Shown: positions 29,161-40,791, counted from the first letter of the stretch. The stretch: DNA of 64,000 bases from Gemmatimonadota bacterium (GCA_040389905.1 JAZJZK010000012.1:197537-261536); one strand, 5' to 3'. Numbers and translations are program-made. Notes: generated by a model not told the origin, from the letters alone.

Positions 29161-30927
29161 ATGTCTGCTGCGCCCGTCCTTTTGTTGGCTCTTATCGCGG
29201 CAGTCGCGACCATAGCCGCTGTGATGCTCGCTCGGCGAGCGGCTGCTTCAACCGCCGCCCTCGCAGCGCTCAGGACCAAGCACGCGGAAACGACAGCGAG
29301 CGTGAAAACCCTCGAGGCTGAGCGCATCCGCCTCGAGCAGGCGGTCTCACGCCTAGCTCGGTACGAGGGCATCGCAGCAGCAGATGAGGAAGCGCTTCGC
29401 ATCCTGACTCGGGCGGCGCAGGACGCCGACATACTTCGGCAGGAGGCGGAGATTCTCCGCGCCAGTGCTACCCGCGACGCTACAGCGCTGCGCGGAGAGG
29501 CACGCACTGACGCCTCGAAGACGATAGCCGCAGCAAAAGAGCGCGCGGACAAACTAGACAACGACGCCCGACTGGCGCTGGCGGATGGCCGCCGTCGAGC
29601 AGAGGAAGTTCTCGCTGCCGCAACTCGCAAAGCAGAGGAGATTGCGGGAGATGCCCTGAAGGCGCTCGAAGCACGTCGTGAGAATGAGGCTGCGGTCGAG
29701 GCCATGGACAACGTGATCAAGGGCTACGGCGACCGTTATCTCGTTCCGGGCAGAGCCCTGCTCGACGAACTGGCGGACGGCTTTGGGCATACGGAGGCGG
29801 GCTCGCGCCTCAAGGAAACGCGGGAACGGGTCCGCGGAATGGTACTGAGTGGGGCAGCGGCGACCTGCGACTACGCAGAGCCACACAGGCGAGTGACCGC
29901 CATCCGGTTTGTCGTAGATGCCTTCAACGGCAAGGTCGACTCGATACTCGCGATGGTAAAGCACGACAACGCTGGCACCCTTCAGCAGCAAATCAAGGAT
30001 TCATTCGCTCTCGTCAACCACAACGGTGCCGCGTTTCGGAATGCTCGCATAACGCAGGCGTATCTCGATGCCCGCCTGGAGGAGGTGACCTGGGCGGCCA
30101 CTGCGCAGGAACTCCGCATCCAGGAGCGCGAGGAGCAGCGACGCATCAAAGAGCAGATCCGGGAAGAAGAGAAAGCACGCCGTGAGTTCGAACGCGCCAT
30201 CCGGGAAGCGGAGAAAGAAGAGGACATGCTCCGCAAAGCGATGCAGAAGGCTGAGCAGCAATTGGCCAAAGCGAGCGACGTACAGAGAGCCAAGTTCGAG
30301 GAACAGCTCGCCCTCCTCTCCGCGCGCTTGGTGGAGGCTGAGACCAAGAGCCAGCGCGCTCTTTCGATGGCGCAGCAGACTCGCCGCGGTCACGTCTACA
30401 TCATTTCCAATGTCGGCTCATTCGGTGAGCATGTCTACAAGATTGGGCTCACTCGGCGGCTTGAACCCATCGACCGCATCCGTGAATTGGGCGACTCAAG
30501 CGTGCCCTTCGAATTCGATGTGCACGCGCTCATCTTCGCAGAGGACGCTCCTGCCCTCGAGAATCGGTTGCACAAGCACTTCGTGCTTGGGCAGCTCAAC
30601 AAGGTTAACCATCGCAAAGAGTTCTTCCGTGTTGAGCTCGCGGACCTGCGTGCGCAATTGGAGGCGATGGGCCTTGCCACTCAGTGGACTATGACGGCGG
30701 CGGCACGCGACTACCGCGAGTCTCTCGCCATAGAGGCCGCCATCAAGGACAATCCCGCCGCGCGGGATGCGTGGATCAGGCGTCAGCTATTGCTCGAGAT
30801 AGAGAATCCTTTTGAGGCGGATGAACACATGCTCTCTTCGCGTGCAGGTGCGCCGGCGCTCCCTCCGATGCCTGATAGCAGTCTGATGCTGTCCGCGCCT
30901 ATGGCCGCTCCATTGCGCCCACAGTAG
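29161..30927 (+). CDS. DUF4041 coiled-coil protein with T5orf172/GIY-YIG-like domain
   Basis: N-terminal TM, coiled coil, GHVYIISNVGSFGEHVYKIGLTRR, SVPFEFDVHA, KEFF. Confidence 0.92.
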   Translation: MSAAPVLLLALIAAVATIAAVMLARRAAASTAALAALRTKHAETTASVKTLEAERIRLEQAVSRLARYEGIAAADEEALRILTRAAQDADILRQEAEILRASATRDATALRGEARTDASKTIAAAKERADKLDNDARLALADGRRRAEEVLAAATRKAEEIAGDALKALEARRENEAAVEAMDNVIKGYGDRYLVPGRALLDELADGFGHTEAGSRLKETRERVRGMVLSGAAATCDYAEPHRRVTAIRFVVDAFNGKVDSILAMVKHDNAGTLQQQIKDSFALVNHNGAAFRNARITQAYLDARLEEVTWAATAQELRIQEREEQRRIKEQIREEEKARREFERAIREAEKEEDMLRKAMQKAEQQLAKASDVQRAKFEEQLALLSARLVEAETKSQRALSMAQQTRRGHVYIISNVGSFGEHVYKIGLTRRLEPIDRIRELGDSSVPFEFDVHALIFAEDAPALENRLHKHFVLGQLNKVNHRKEFFRVELADLRAQLEAMGLATQWTMTAAARDYRESLAIEAAIKDNPAARDAWIRRQLLLEIENPFEADEHMLSSRAGAPALPPMPDSSLMLSAPMAAPLRPQ

Positions 30928-30994
30928 GATCGTTGTCTTTGCTCATCGGCTTCAGCGGCTCTCGCATTTACGACGCGGGCACTAGCCGGCCAGG

Positions 30995-31915
30995 ATGTCC
31001 AGCGCGGGACGGCGCCTGATGTCCTTCCAGCCCGCCTCGTCGCAAGATTTCGGGCCGTCAACTGCGCACTGGAGCCAAGAGCTCGCCATACGCTCCGCAG
31101 CTGTTTCGCTTAACCGGTTGCGTCGGCTGGGAGTCCCCATTCCCCTCACGAATCGAATCTCGCGCGCGTGCGCGCAGGTCGAGGCGAATCGAGGGAAGGG
31201 CTCATTCTTCCCTGCCGGTACGTCAACGCTGACTGTTCGGGCTCTCATGGAAGCGCATCGCACGTTGCTGGAGAGCTATCTCATTACTTCGGCGCTGGCC
31301 GATCCTAGCGAGATACTGCGCGCGACGCTCGTGCGGCTCCTCGAAGGGCATGACACTTCGTATGAGGACGCGAACTCGACTCCGCGCGATATGCAGTTCG
31401 AACTCCTTATAGCGGCCCTGATGACTCTCGGAGGCATCAGCGGCGTGCGGATGGGCGAGCCCGATATTCAGTTCAAGCTAGGCAAGCGAACAGTCGGCGT
31501 CGCAGCAAAACGCTTGCGGAGTCCGCGCAAGTTGGTCGCCCGTGTAGGTGACGCCTTTCGCCAACTCGAGCGGCACGGCCTGCAAGGCATGATAGCGCTA
31601 AACCTTGACAGCGCAGCGGAGGTTGCATTCGCCAAGGACGGTGAGGCTGCCGCGCACCCCGCTGTGACCGGGCTTGTTGCTCAAGCTGCCAAGCGCATCG
31701 ACCAGATGGATCCTCAGGGGCGCGTCATAGGCATCGTCGGCTTCGCCACTGTATTCGCGATGTCAGACTCTGAAGACGGTTACGGCTTTTCGTTGCCCAC
31801 ATCAATCGCAATGCATTGGCGAGTCTCGAAAGGGATGGAGGACTCCGTTTCCTCGTTCTCAAATGACTTTGGGAGCACGCTGACCGCGCGCCTGCAATCA
31901 CTTCTCGCCACCTAG
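30995..31915 (+). CDS. hypothetical protein, PD-(D/E)xK-like
   Basis: FELL..EPDIQF..VAAKR. Confidence 0.6.
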   Translation: MSSAGRRLMSFQPASSQDFGPSTAHWSQELAIRSAAVSLNRLRRLGVPIPLTNRISRACAQVEANRGKGSFFPAGTSTLTVRALMEAHRTLLESYLITSALADPSEILRATLVRLLEGHDTSYEDANSTPRDMQFELLIAALMTLGGISGVRMGEPDIQFKLGKRTVGVAAKRLRSPRKLVARVGDAFRQLERHGLQGMIALNLDSAAEVAFAKDGEAAAHPAVTGLVAQAAKRIDQMDPQGRVIGIVGFATVFAMSDSEDGYGFSLPTSIAMHWRVSKGMEDSVSSFSNDFGSTLTARLQSLLAT

Positions 31916-31964
31916 TTGCTGAATGAAGACGCGCGCTGTCAGGCTCGCGCCTTTGATGGCGCCT

Positions 31965-33083
31965 TCAACTCAGCTCAACTGCTTCGTTAACTACACTCGA
32001 TACCTCCAGAGCCAGTAATGGCTGGCCACGAGTGAGCAGGAACTTGCCGTCGCCCTCTTCCCACACTCTTGCGTTGTCGGACGCGCGGTCGGTAAGCTCA
32101 CTGCGCTGTTCGTCTGTAAGTGCGTCCCACCAAGTCGGGCTGCAATAGACGTTGTCCAGGCTGCTGTACACGGTGCGACACAACGCGTCGGCTATGTTCT
32201 CCTCCCGCATCAGTGATCGCACGAAGCCCTCCGCCGCCGTGGAGTGTGCTGCGACCCAAGACAGTACGGCACAGCCGCGTCCATTCTCGTTCAGCAGCGT
32301 CACCGCGAGAGCATCCGACAGCTTCTGGGGCGAGAAGGTCTGAAGTCGCGAGCCTTGGAGATCCCAATACGGATAGAACGCGCCACTGCAAACCACCGGC
32401 AGCGCCAGAGTGAACCAAACAGCGCACGAACGTACACCGGCGAAGCCGCGTCCGTTTAGAGCCTCGTCAAGCAAGGCTTTGTACTTCCGCACGTCGCGGA
32501 CGCCCAAGGCCACGTTCGCAACGTACTGGCGAATGAACGCCTGCATTTCGAGCTGTACGAGTGGGGGCCTTCCACGGTCAGACTCTTTGAGCACCGAAGC
32601 GGCGGCGAGGGAGCCTTCCTTCGCGTATACCTCCCTCGACCAAGCACGGTAGAACAGGAGGAAGCACTGCTCGTCGGACGCAGTGAACTCGGACGTCTCC
32701 AGTGGCGCAAAAAGCGTGGTGTCATGTCGGTTACAAAAGCCCGTGAAAGTGGACGCGACGTTGACTCCGACGAGGCGCGTCGCCGACTTCCCCCCGGTCT
32801 TCATCGCAACGGCCATATCAATGGTTATTTGGCGCACATGCCCATCGACCGCGATTTCCAGAAGATCCGCGGCCCTACGTATGCTGTGTGCCTTGACGAT
32901 CCCGCCCATACACTCGTTAGGTGACGCCTCCGGATGAAGGCATTTCCGCGGTTTCATGAGCTTGCCATAGCGCAGGCCTGATTCGTACGGGTTGGGCGAG
33001 GGGAGCTTTTCTCTTCCCCAATGGCATTTCTTGAATTTCTTGCCCGAGCCGCACCAACACAGATGATTGCGCCTATTCGTCAC
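31965..33083 (-). CDS. SEC-C motif protein with HNH-like domain
   Basis: RNHLCWCGSGKKFKKCH; C..C..IVKAHSI..FTGFCNRHD. Confidence 0.85.
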   Translation of the reverse strand: MTNRRNHLCWCGSGKKFKKCHWGREKLPSPNPYESGLRYGKLMKPRKCLHPEASPNECMGGIVKAHSIRRAADLLEIAVDGHVRQITIDMAVAMKTGGKSATRLVGVNVASTFTGFCNRHDTTLFAPLETSEFTASDEQCFLLFYRAWSREVYAKEGSLAAASVLKESDRGRPPLVQLEMQAFIRQYVANVALGVRDVRKYKALLDEALNGRGFAGVRSCAVWFTLALPVVCSGAFYPYWDLQGSRLQTFSPQKLSDALAVTLLNENGRGCAVLSWVAAHSTAAEGFVRSLMREENIADALCRTVYSSLDNVYCSPTWWDALTDEQRSELTDRASDNARVWEEGDGKFLLTRGQPLLALEVSSVVNEAVELS

Positions 33084-33226
33084 TGGGCCTCAGACAGTGT
33101 CGCTTCCTCCAGCTAGCCTGCGTCGGAGGTAGCGCGCCATGCCGACGGCACTGCGATTCGCAATACGGCATCAGCGTGAGGTCTGGAAAGGGCATTGCAA
33201 ACGGATTATTTGCGTGCGGCCAGAGG

Positions 33227-34639
33227 TCAATCACGGGGCTGCTCTGCCTTGCTTTCGATAATCCGCAGAACGGCGGTAGCGGTCGTCCGTGGGCTGATTC
33301 CGCCGAACGCCACGCCGTAGCGCAGTCGTCTCACCTCGACGGGATCTAGACGGACGCCGATAAAGTGGCCTCCGATCTCCGCGTCGACGACCCACCATCC
33401 CTCGTCGTCCTCAAACCGCAACCCCGCCTCGCTCCAGGCATCTTGCCAGAGAGTGGGAGAGAACACCGCCGCGAACTCGACTGAGCCGGAGAGCAGCGCG
33501 ACGCGCGATTCCTCCGATATCTGCCACAGCGGAACTGGCGGTACATATGGCGATATTTCGTCCCCTTCGAGGAAGTGCCCCAGCGAAAGGTGGGGTGAAC
33601 CTGCGGGAAAGCCGAGCTCCTGCAGCCTCTGCAGCGTCTCGCGAAGTGCGCCGGCTTCCCCAGCGCTTCCGATTGCCGCGGCAACGAACGCAAGCCCGCG
33701 CTCCGGTATTTCGAACGACGGCGTGCCGGCTGGCCCGCGGGCTCGCCGCATCACGTGGTCCATCGTTGCCCAGTGGACGTCGGATCTCTCAAGCGCTGCA
33801 TGCACACCCGGCTCGTTGAGCGTCTTCAGCAGCTCTGCGCTTTGCAGCAGTTCCAATTCCTGACGTTTGACGCGCGCGCTGGGTAGTCGGTGAGCCGCGT
33901 CCGCGGCCGGTACATCTGTTGTGCCCAACACAGCCGTCACGGCATCGTACAGGGCGACGTCCGGAGCTACGCCGCTGAGCGGCGCGAGAATCTGGATGTG
34001 AGCAAACGCGCCTTCCTCCGCTCGGCCGCTGGACTTGATCTCGAGTGCGAGGGGGTTTGACCAATGCACGTGTGCCCCGATCTCGGACTCTCTCCCAGGT
34101 ACTGGGACCACGACGATGTCCCCGACCCCCAAGCACCGGGTGAGGTCGCTTTGCACCGCCAGGAATCTTCCATCTGCATGCAGTGTCTCCAGAATCGCCA
34201 AGGGACCCGCATGTCCGATCCCATCGGGTAGCTCGTGGGTATGGGTAGCGAACAGCGGAGCGATGCGCCGTGGGTCTTCCCGAAGAGCAACCCACGCCGC
34301 CGCATCGGCAATCATGCGGAGCATGGCCGCGTGGCGCTTCAGGACGGTCTCAAAGCGGTCGGCCTGCGCCCGAACCTCCTCGAGTATCTGTGGAAAATCG
34401 GAGCGGCCTCCAAATCGGGCGGCGAGGCGAGTCGAGCGCCGTGCCCCTTTTACACGCCATCGAAGACTGGCGAGGCGCTCCGCCACGATGATCAAGCCCA
34501 AGCGGACATAGTCTTGGACTTCGTCGAGGTTTTTAGGCGTCTGCTGCGCCCGTAGGCGATCCACGAGTGCGCAGCCTACTCTGGCGATGCGCTCAGTCCG
34601 CCCCTCGTAGGCAGCCACAACAGTATTCGTTCGCCTCAC
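33227..34639 (-). CDS. hypothetical protein, possible PD-(D/E)xK nuclease
   Basis: 470 aa; DLTRCLGVGDIV..LEIKS. Confidence 0.6.
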   Translation of the reverse strand: MRRTNTVVAAYEGRTERIARVGCALVDRLRAQQTPKNLDEVQDYVRLGLIIVAERLASLRWRVKGARRSTRLAARFGGRSDFPQILEEVRAQADRFETVLKRHAAMLRMIADAAAWVALREDPRRIAPLFATHTHELPDGIGHAGPLAILETLHADGRFLAVQSDLTRCLGVGDIVVVPVPGRESEIGAHVHWSNPLALEIKSSGRAEEGAFAHIQILAPLSGVAPDVALYDAVTAVLGTTDVPAADAAHRLPSARVKRQELELLQSAELLKTLNEPGVHAALERSDVHWATMDHVMRRARGPAGTPSFEIPERGLAFVAAAIGSAGEAGALRETLQRLQELGFPAGSPHLSLGHFLEGDEISPYVPPVPLWQISEESRVALLSGSVEFAAVFSPTLWQDAWSEAGLRFEDDEGWWVVDAEIGGHFIGVRLDPVEVRRLRYGVAFGGISPRTTATAVLRIIESKAEQPRD

Positions 34640-34700
34640 GGCGTGACGCGTCCATCCTGCCGCCTTTTATGCATCATCAAAACATAACATGGCCGACCGC

Positions 34701-34747
34701 TTGACATAGGGTATGGGGGTATGTAGTGTTATACCCACTAGGGGTAT
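34701..34747 (+). promoter_or_regulatory. cop operon promoter with CsoR-type operators
   Basis: TTGACA-17 bp-TAGTGT; G-tract box 34706-34722 and ATACC-N7-GGTAT 34731-34747. Confidence 0.85.
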
Positions 34748-34798
34748 GTGAGCAATGAATATTGAAGCCGCTCTCAATTCACACACACGAGGCAACCA

Positions 34799-35005
34799 AT
34801 GGAAAAGACCACGCTCAAAATAGAGGGAATGTCCTGCGGTCACTGTGTCGGCTCCGTGAAGAAGGCACTCGCCAATGTAGACGGCCTCACCATTCAGAAT
34901 GTCGGCGTCGGCAGCGCGACAGTCGAATACGACGAATCTCGGGTTACACCAACGCAGATCGCCGACGCGGTCAGCGCGGCCGGATACCCCTCAGCAGCAG
35001 CGTAG
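34799..35005 (+). CDS. copZ: copper chaperone (HMA domain)
   Basis: GMSCGHC; 68 aa. Confidence 0.9.
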   Translation: MEKTTLKIEGMSCGHCVGSVKKALANVDGLTIQNVGVGSATVEYDESRVTPTQIADAVSAAGYPSAAA

Positions 35006-35029
35006 CACTCTCCTTCTCAGGGTTCTCTC

Positions 35030-35446
35030 ATGAACGCCACTGATTGGGTCGTCATTGCGGCCGGACTCGCCGCCATCGGTTGGGTGAATTGGTACTTCTT
35101 CATCGCAGGCAGGCGATCACCCGTCGCTGCCGCCGGAACTGTGAGCTCGATCAGTGCGGTCGGTTCGGCTGCGGCGTCGGCGACGTCCGAAGTCACCATC
35201 GTGGTCGATGGCGGATACTCACCCTCGACTGTCCTGGTGAAGGCGGGAAAGCCCGTCCGCCTGGTGTTCGACCGCCGCGATACCGGCAGTTGCTCAGAGG
35301 AAGTCGTGTTCCCTGACTTTAACCTGCGCCGTTTCCTGCCGACCGGACAAACAACCGTCATTGAGGTCACTCCTCCCGCTCCCGGGAGATACGACTTCAT
35401 GTGTGGCATGAGCATGCTGCGCGGCGCCCTGATTGCCGAGGCTTAA
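35030..35446 (+). CDS. membrane-anchored cupredoxin domain protein (CupA-like)
   Basis: [23 protein letters not shown]. Confidence 0.9.
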   Translation: MNATDWVVIAAGLAAIGWVNWYFFIAGRRSPVAAAGTVSSISAVGSAAASATSEVTIVVDGGYSPSTVLVKAGKPVRLVFDRRDTGSCSEEVVFPDFNLRRFLPTGQTTVIEVTPPAPGRYDFMCGMSMLRGALIAEA

Positions 35447-35450
35447 TACC

Positions 35451-37895
35451 ATGTCAATCCCAGACGCTGCTCCGTTGCTCGCTTCTGACGCCAAGGTGGA
35501 TGCGCCTGAAGCGGGTGCCACCATTCGCATCCCCGTTTCTGGAATGACGTGCGCTGCTTGCCAGTCGCGCGTGCAGCGCACGCTCCAACAGGAACCAGGA
35601 GTGTCTGACGCGGCAGTCAACCTCATGATGAAGAGCGCGACGATCACGTACGATCCGAACGCCGTGACGCCGGATCGGCTGGTCAACGCGATTCGTTCAA
35701 CTGGATACGGGGCACAACTGGCATCTCCCGATCAGACGGCATTCGCGGAGCAGGAAGCCCGGGACCGCGCCCAGGAAGAGGAGTTCGTCGATCTTCGTCG
35801 GAAGGCCATCGTCAGCGGGATCGTTGGTGCCATCGCCATGGTTGTGTCGATGCCACTCATGAGCCAGCTCGGCTCCATGACAGCCGCCGCTCATGGGGAC
35901 AGCCCAACGGCTGATCCCTTCCTGCGATGGACGATGCACGTGCTCGATCCGGCGCTACGCGCCATCGCGCCATGGGCATATGAGATTCCGGCTGCCGCGA
36001 TCTCATGGAGTCTGCTGATCGCGACACTCGGTGTAATGCTCTGGGCCGGTCGCGACTTCTACACGCGCGCATGGGCGGCCTTCCGTCATCACTCGGCGGA
36101 CATGAACACGCTCATTGCCGTCGGAACTGGCGCGGCATTCGTCTACTCGATGGTCGCGACCATTGCCCCGGACTTCTTTGTCCGCCGAGGCGTCTCGCCC
36201 GATGTGTACTACGAGGCGGTGGTCATAATTATAGCGCTCATTCTCACCGGCAATGCTTTCGAGGCGCGAGCAAAGCGGCAAACCTCCACCGCGCTTCGCT
36301 CGTTGGTCAATCTTCAACCGAAGACCGCTCGCGTAGTACGCGATGGGACGACTGGTTCAGCGGAGATTGACATCCCGGTAGAAGCTGTTGTGAGTGGTGA
36401 TATCGTGTTGGTACGCCCGGGCGAGGGTGTTCCGGTGGATGGCGAGATCGTCTTCGGCGAAAGTGCCGTCGACGAATCCATGCTCACCGGCGAGTCGCTG
36501 CCGGTCGCCAAGAGGCCGGGCGACCGCGTGATCGGTGGGACGCTTAACCGCACCGGGGCATTCCGTTTCAAGGCAACCACGCTCGGGGGCGACAGCGTCC
36601 TCGCACAAATCGTCAAGCTGATGCGTGACGCACAGGGCTCGCGCGCGCCTATCCAACGTCTCGCGGATCAAGTCAGCGGCATCTTTGTGCCTGTCGTCGT
36701 TTCCATCGCGATAGCGACGTTCGTCGCGTGGTTCGTTGCTGGCGACGTCACCGGCGCTGCTGCTCCCGCCGTGCGTGCTTTTGCGGCTGCGGTCGCTGTC
36801 CTAATTATCGCCTGCCCTTGCGCCGTCGGCATTTCTATTCCTAGCGCGTTGATGGTCGCTACAGGTAAGGGAGCGGAGCTTGGAGTGCTGATCAAAGGTG
36901 GCGAGGCGCTGCAGCGTGCCGGCGACATTACCACAGTCGTTCTCGACAAAACGGGCACTGTCACGCAGGGCAAGCCGACGGTCACTGACGTGATCCTCGC
37001 ATCGCCTGCGACCCTCTCGGAAGACAGCGTGCTACGGTCTGTGGGCTCGCTGGAGACGATGAGCGAGCACCCTCTCGCTGACGCAATGGTTCGCTATGTA
37101 AAGGATCGTGGGCTCGAGCTCGTCGCGCCTGCAGGCTTCACCTCGATTACCGGGCGTGGGGCCGCCGCAGTCGTGAACGGTGTGGCCGTCGTCGCGGGTA
37201 ACGAAGCCCTGATGCAGGAGAGGGGCATCGACGTGACGCCCCTGCACGCAGATGCGGAGCGGCTCGCGGTCGAAGGCAAGACGACGATCTTCGTCGCCCT
37301 CGATGGTTCCCTTGCCGGCGTGCTGGCAGTCGCCGACCCGATCCGAGAGACATCGCGCGCGGCCATCGAACGCATGCACGCCATGGGGTTGACCGTCGTG
37401 ATGCTCACGGGCGATACGCAGAAGACCGCGGACGCCATTGCCCGTCTCGCCGGCATTGACCGGGTGGTCGCAGGCGTTCTTCCGGATGGAAAGGTCGCCG
37501 AAATCACGCGGCTACAGGGGGAAGGCCGAGTGGTTGCCATGGTCGGCGATGGCATCAACGACGCGCCTTCCATCGCAAAGGCCGATGTTGGCATGGCCAT
37601 TGGTACTGGGACCGACGTTGCCATTGACGCAGCCGACGTGGTGCTTATGCGCGGAGATCTCAACAGCGCCGTGGATGCCATTGCCCTCTCCAGGCGCACC
37701 ATGACGACGATGAAGCAGAACCTCTTCTGGGCGTTTGCCTACAACGTGATCGGCATTCCCATCGCAGCCGGCGTACTCTATCCTGCGTTCGGGATCCTCC
37801 TCAGCCCCATTTTGGCGAGTGCGGCCATGGCCTTCAGTTCTGTGAGTGTGGTTGGCAACAGTCTGCGCCTTCGGCATGCTCACATCGGGGCGTAG
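35451..37895 (+). CDS. copA: Cu(I)-translocating P1B ATPase
   Basis: GMTCAAC, TGES, CPC, DKTGT, SEHP, GDGIND, YN and MxxSS. Confidence 0.97.
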   Translation: MSIPDAAPLLASDAKVDAPEAGATIRIPVSGMTCAACQSRVQRTLQQEPGVSDAAVNLMMKSATITYDPNAVTPDRLVNAIRSTGYGAQLASPDQTAFAEQEARDRAQEEEFVDLRRKAIVSGIVGAIAMVVSMPLMSQLGSMTAAAHGDSPTADPFLRWTMHVLDPALRAIAPWAYEIPAAAISWSLLIATLGVMLWAGRDFYTRAWAAFRHHSADMNTLIAVGTGAAFVYSMVATIAPDFFVRRGVSPDVYYEAVVIIIALILTGNAFEARAKRQTSTALRSLVNLQPKTARVVRDGTTGSAEIDIPVEAVVSGDIVLVRPGEGVPVDGEIVFGESAVDESMLTGESLPVAKRPGDRVIGGTLNRTGAFRFKATTLGGDSVLAQIVKLMRDAQGSRAPIQRLADQVSGIFVPVVVSIAIATFVAWFVAGDVTGAAAPAVRAFAAAVAVLIIACPCAVGISIPSALMVATGKGAELGVLIKGGEALQRAGDITTVVLDKTGTVTQGKPTVTDVILASPATLSEDSVLRSVGSLETMSEHPLADAMVRYVKDRGLELVAPAGFTSITGRGAAAVVNGVAVVAGNEALMQERGIDVTPLHADAERLAVEGKTTIFVALDGSLAGVLAVADPIRETSRAAIERMHAMGLTVVMLTGDTQKTADAIARLAGIDRVVAGVLPDGKVAEITRLQGEGRVVAMVGDGINDAPSIAKADVGMAIGTGTDVAIDAADVVLMRGDLNSAVDAIALSRRTMTTMKQNLFWAFAYNVIGIPIAAGVLYPAFGILLSPILASAAMAFSSVSVVGNSLRLRHAHIGA

Positions 37896-37934
37896 TTCCT
37901 TCCTCCCAATAACCGACGACAGGAGAACACCCCA

Positions 37935-38351
37935 ATGGCCGCTGGCAAGGATACGTCACGCTCACCCGGGAAGGTGAAAGGCCAGCGCTCTGCCGGCGCT
38001 ATGGCGGTGCACGAGCACTCGGCAGGGTGCGGATGTGGAGTCGCCGATGGCACCGCTTCCGGTCGCACTGCCGTCGCCGTTGACCCCGACATCAAGGATC
38101 GCAATCAGAAGCGTCTTCGCCGCATCGAGGGCCAGGTTCGCGGCCTTCAGAAGATGGTCGAAGAGGATCGTTACTGCGCCGACATCTTGACGCAGATCTC
38201 CTCTGTGCACGAGGCGCTGCGGTCCGTTGGTCGGGAGCTGATGAGAAATCATCTCAAACACTGTGCGACCAGCGCTATTCGCTCTCCCGATGGCAACGCC
38301 GAACAGATGTACGACGAACTTGTGGACATGATGTACAAGCACAGCCGGTGA
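37935..38351 (+). CDS. csoR: CsoR-family copper-sensing repressor
   Basis: RLRRIEGQVRGL, YC..NHLKHC (Cys-His-Cys). Confidence 0.92.
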   Translation: MAAGKDTSRSPGKVKGQRSAGAMAVHEHSAGCGCGVADGTASGRTAVAVDPDIKDRNQKRLRRIEGQVRGLQKMVEEDRYCADILTQISSVHEALRSVGRELMRNHLKHCATSAIRSPDGNAEQMYDELVDMMYKHSR

Positions 38352-38393
38352 ACGACGCATTTCCCAACAACCCTACATTGGAGATGAGGTCCC

Positions 38394-38612
38394 ATGTCAG
38401 AACAGCATGCTATCGACCCGGTTTGCGGAATGACGATTTCTACCGCCGGCGCTCTGACGAGAGAGCACGATGGTGAGACCTTTCACTTCTGTTCCCACCT
38501 CTGCGCCGGGCGATTCGATCAGGATGGCGCGGCCTACGTCGCTGTATCGCGCCTTGGACTCGAGGGTTGGGGTCGCACTCAGACGCCGGGCTTCTTGCTG
38601 CCGAACATCTGA
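38394..38612 (+). CDS. YHS domain protein
   Basis: DPVCGM..FHFCSHLC. Confidence 0.9.
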   Translation: MSEQHAIDPVCGMTISTAGALTREHDGETFHFCSHLCAGRFDQDGAAYVAVSRLGLEGWGRTQTPGFLLPNI

Positions 38613-38868
38613 TGGTTTTTTGGGCGCTGCACAGTGCTGCGAACGTGTCCGCGGCTGCGAGCGTATCCGCGACCGCACGCGCGTGACCGTCGCGGCATTC
38701 GGCACGACCCCGCCCCATAGCTCGATAAGCAGCAGATCATGGCTTGTAGCTCCGCGGCTTAGAGGACGTCGGTTTGCCGAGCACGCATTCTGACATGGCC
38801 ACCCTCGAGTGTGCTCGAGGAGCTGGGTGCGATGTTGGCCGCCTCCACACAACTCGAGGCGACGCGTC

Positions 38869-39138
38869 TCAGCCCGCATTGCTGAAGTAAGCGGTCAGGC
38901 AAGTCGCCAACGCTTCGTGATACATCCGGCTCCAAGCCTCCTCACCGATGGCCGGAGGCCGTTCGCCTTGGGACCAGGCGTCGCGAACTAACACAAGAAG
39001 TTCTTCAGGCAAGCAGCCGGCAGTCTTCGCCTCAGCACCCACACGGCTGAGCGCCTCGTTGAGCCCCTGAGTCGGTGAGTCGACGTGCATGATCTTACCG
39101 AACTCTCCGCGCAGCTTTTGTTGGTTGTCCGAAGACAT
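38869..39138 (-). CDS. small helical hypothetical protein
   Basis: 89 aa from ATG 39138; PEELLVLVRDAW..CLTAYF. Confidence 0.55.
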   Translation of the reverse strand: MSSDNQQKLRGEFGKIMHVDSPTQGLNEALSRVGAEAKTAGCLPEELLVLVRDAWSQGERPPAIGEEAWSRMYHEALATCLTAYFSNAG

Positions 39139-39366
39139 GCACCATTCGAGCGAGGCGTCGCCGAAATTCACGGGTGATTCTCCATTGCGGAGGCCGGGGG
39201 GCGGCTTCACGTCGGCGCGCCAACTCGCGCGGAGGGCTCTCTCGCGCCGTGCACGCGCACGCAGCGCTTAGTTGCCCTCGGCCACTAGCCGTGTGACTTG
39301 ATGCAGCCTAAAATCTGTGCACTTTCTCGTCCTCGCGCCACCCCTACAGCACCTAGAAGACGGTCA

Positions 39367-40740
39367 ATGACGGCTCCTCTCTCCCCGCCAGACCAAGACC
39401 CGCCTTCCGAAGGCAGGACCGCACGCGAGCTGTCCCGCCCCCATGCCGACGCACTCCGCGCGCTCATAACCAGATGGCGGGAAGATTCGGGGGGCACCTA
39501 CCGTTCGTGGTTTCTGTGGGAAGAACGCCTCAAGAACTTTCGCTCAATCCGCCGCGGGATCGCCGAGGTCGTGAGCGAGATCGAGGCTGGCACGTTTGGC
39601 AATTTGTACCGAGGCTCATCGCTCGAGACCGTAGTGCATTCGATTGCGGAACAGCGGCAGATATTCAAAGGGGCCGATCACGCGTTCCTCTGGAAGCCGA
39701 AGCTGCGCATCCCCGATATCTACGAGTCGCGAGACAATCAGCGAGCCTTTGGTCGCTTCCTGGATGCCTGTGTATGCTGCTCGAGCGCAGAGCAGGTCAT
39801 CAGCGCCATTCAGCAGCTCGACGCGCATCGCATCAAGGGTTTGGGGCCGGCCGCCGCGAACCTGTTGTATTTTCTTCATCCCACGTTTGTCACGCCATTC
39901 AACACGGCCATCGTCAACGGCTACAACGCCATCACTGGCGCAAAGGTCAAGCTGGGCCGCTGGGACGAGTACCTCGCGATGCGCGCTGGTGTGTTGGCCA
40001 TGAATGCCAAGTATCGCGATTTGCTCTCGAACGACCTCGGCGCCATCGCAGGACTGCTCTTTGACGTTGGGTCAGGCCGCTACAACGCTCCTCCGCGCGA
40101 TGACGATGAGGGCGCGCGCGCAGCGTGGGAGCTGGACCTCGCTGCCGTCCGCGCCAATGCGGCGCAGGACAAGGCGCTCGCCTCTGCCCGTGAAAACGAT
40201 AGAACGCACACGCAAGTGCAGGGATGGCTGCGGGATCTTGGATTCGCGCTTGGCTATCACGTGTGGATTGCTTCGAATGACCGAAGTCGCGCGTATGCTG
40301 GAGGGGTCCTCAGCGATGGATGCGTGGATACGCTTCCGGAATCGGTCGCCTGGGCTCCAGGCGCGGAGGCAGTCCGGCTAATAGACGTACTCTGGCTCGT
40401 GAGAGATCCCGGTGCAGGCACCAACCCTGTCGCCGCAGCGTTCGAAGTCGAACACACAACCTCGATTTACAGTGGGATAGTGCGCCTGCTCGATCTCGCG
40501 TTGGGTACGATGCCTGAGGCGGGCGCTACTTCGAGCGCCGCCGCAGGACTGTTCCTCGTTGCCCCGGACGACCGCGAAGGCGATGTGAGAGAGCAACTCG
40601 CGCGGCCAGCGTTCAGTCGGGTGGCGGACATAGGGGTTCGCTACCTGCCCTATTCGGCCCTCGAACAACACCGAGAGTCAATGGCGCAATTCGGAGTTGG
40701 CATGAAGGGTATCGAGTCGGTCGCACGCACTCTACGCTGA
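39367..40740 (+). CDS. conserved protein with C-terminal restriction-endonuclease-like domain
   Basis: IDVLW..AFEVEHTTSIYSG. Confidence 0.75.
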   Translation: MTAPLSPPDQDPPSEGRTARELSRPHADALRALITRWREDSGGTYRSWFLWEERLKNFRSIRRGIAEVVSEIEAGTFGNLYRGSSLETVVHSIAEQRQIFKGADHAFLWKPKLRIPDIYESRDNQRAFGRFLDACVCCSSAEQVISAIQQLDAHRIKGLGPAAANLLYFLHPTFVTPFNTAIVNGYNAITGAKVKLGRWDEYLAMRAGVLAMNAKYRDLLSNDLGAIAGLLFDVGSGRYNAPPRDDDEGARAAWELDLAAVRANAAQDKALASARENDRTHTQVQGWLRDLGFALGYHVWIASNDRSRAYAGGVLSDGCVDTLPESVAWAPGAEAVRLIDVLWLVRDPGAGTNPVAAAFEVEHTTSIYSGIVRLLDLALGTMPEAGATSSAAAGLFLVAPDDREGDVREQLARPAFSRVADIGVRYLPYSALEQHRESMAQFGVGMKGIESVARTLR

Positions 40741-40791
40741 CGTGGCGAAGCCCGCCGTCGCACTTCCACATACGCCCTCCGCGCAGCGAGA

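Noticed and set aside
36810..36870. Atypical [10 protein letters not shown] motif in CopA as altered metal specificity
   Set aside because: CPC, YN and MxxSS Cu(I) signatures are intact.
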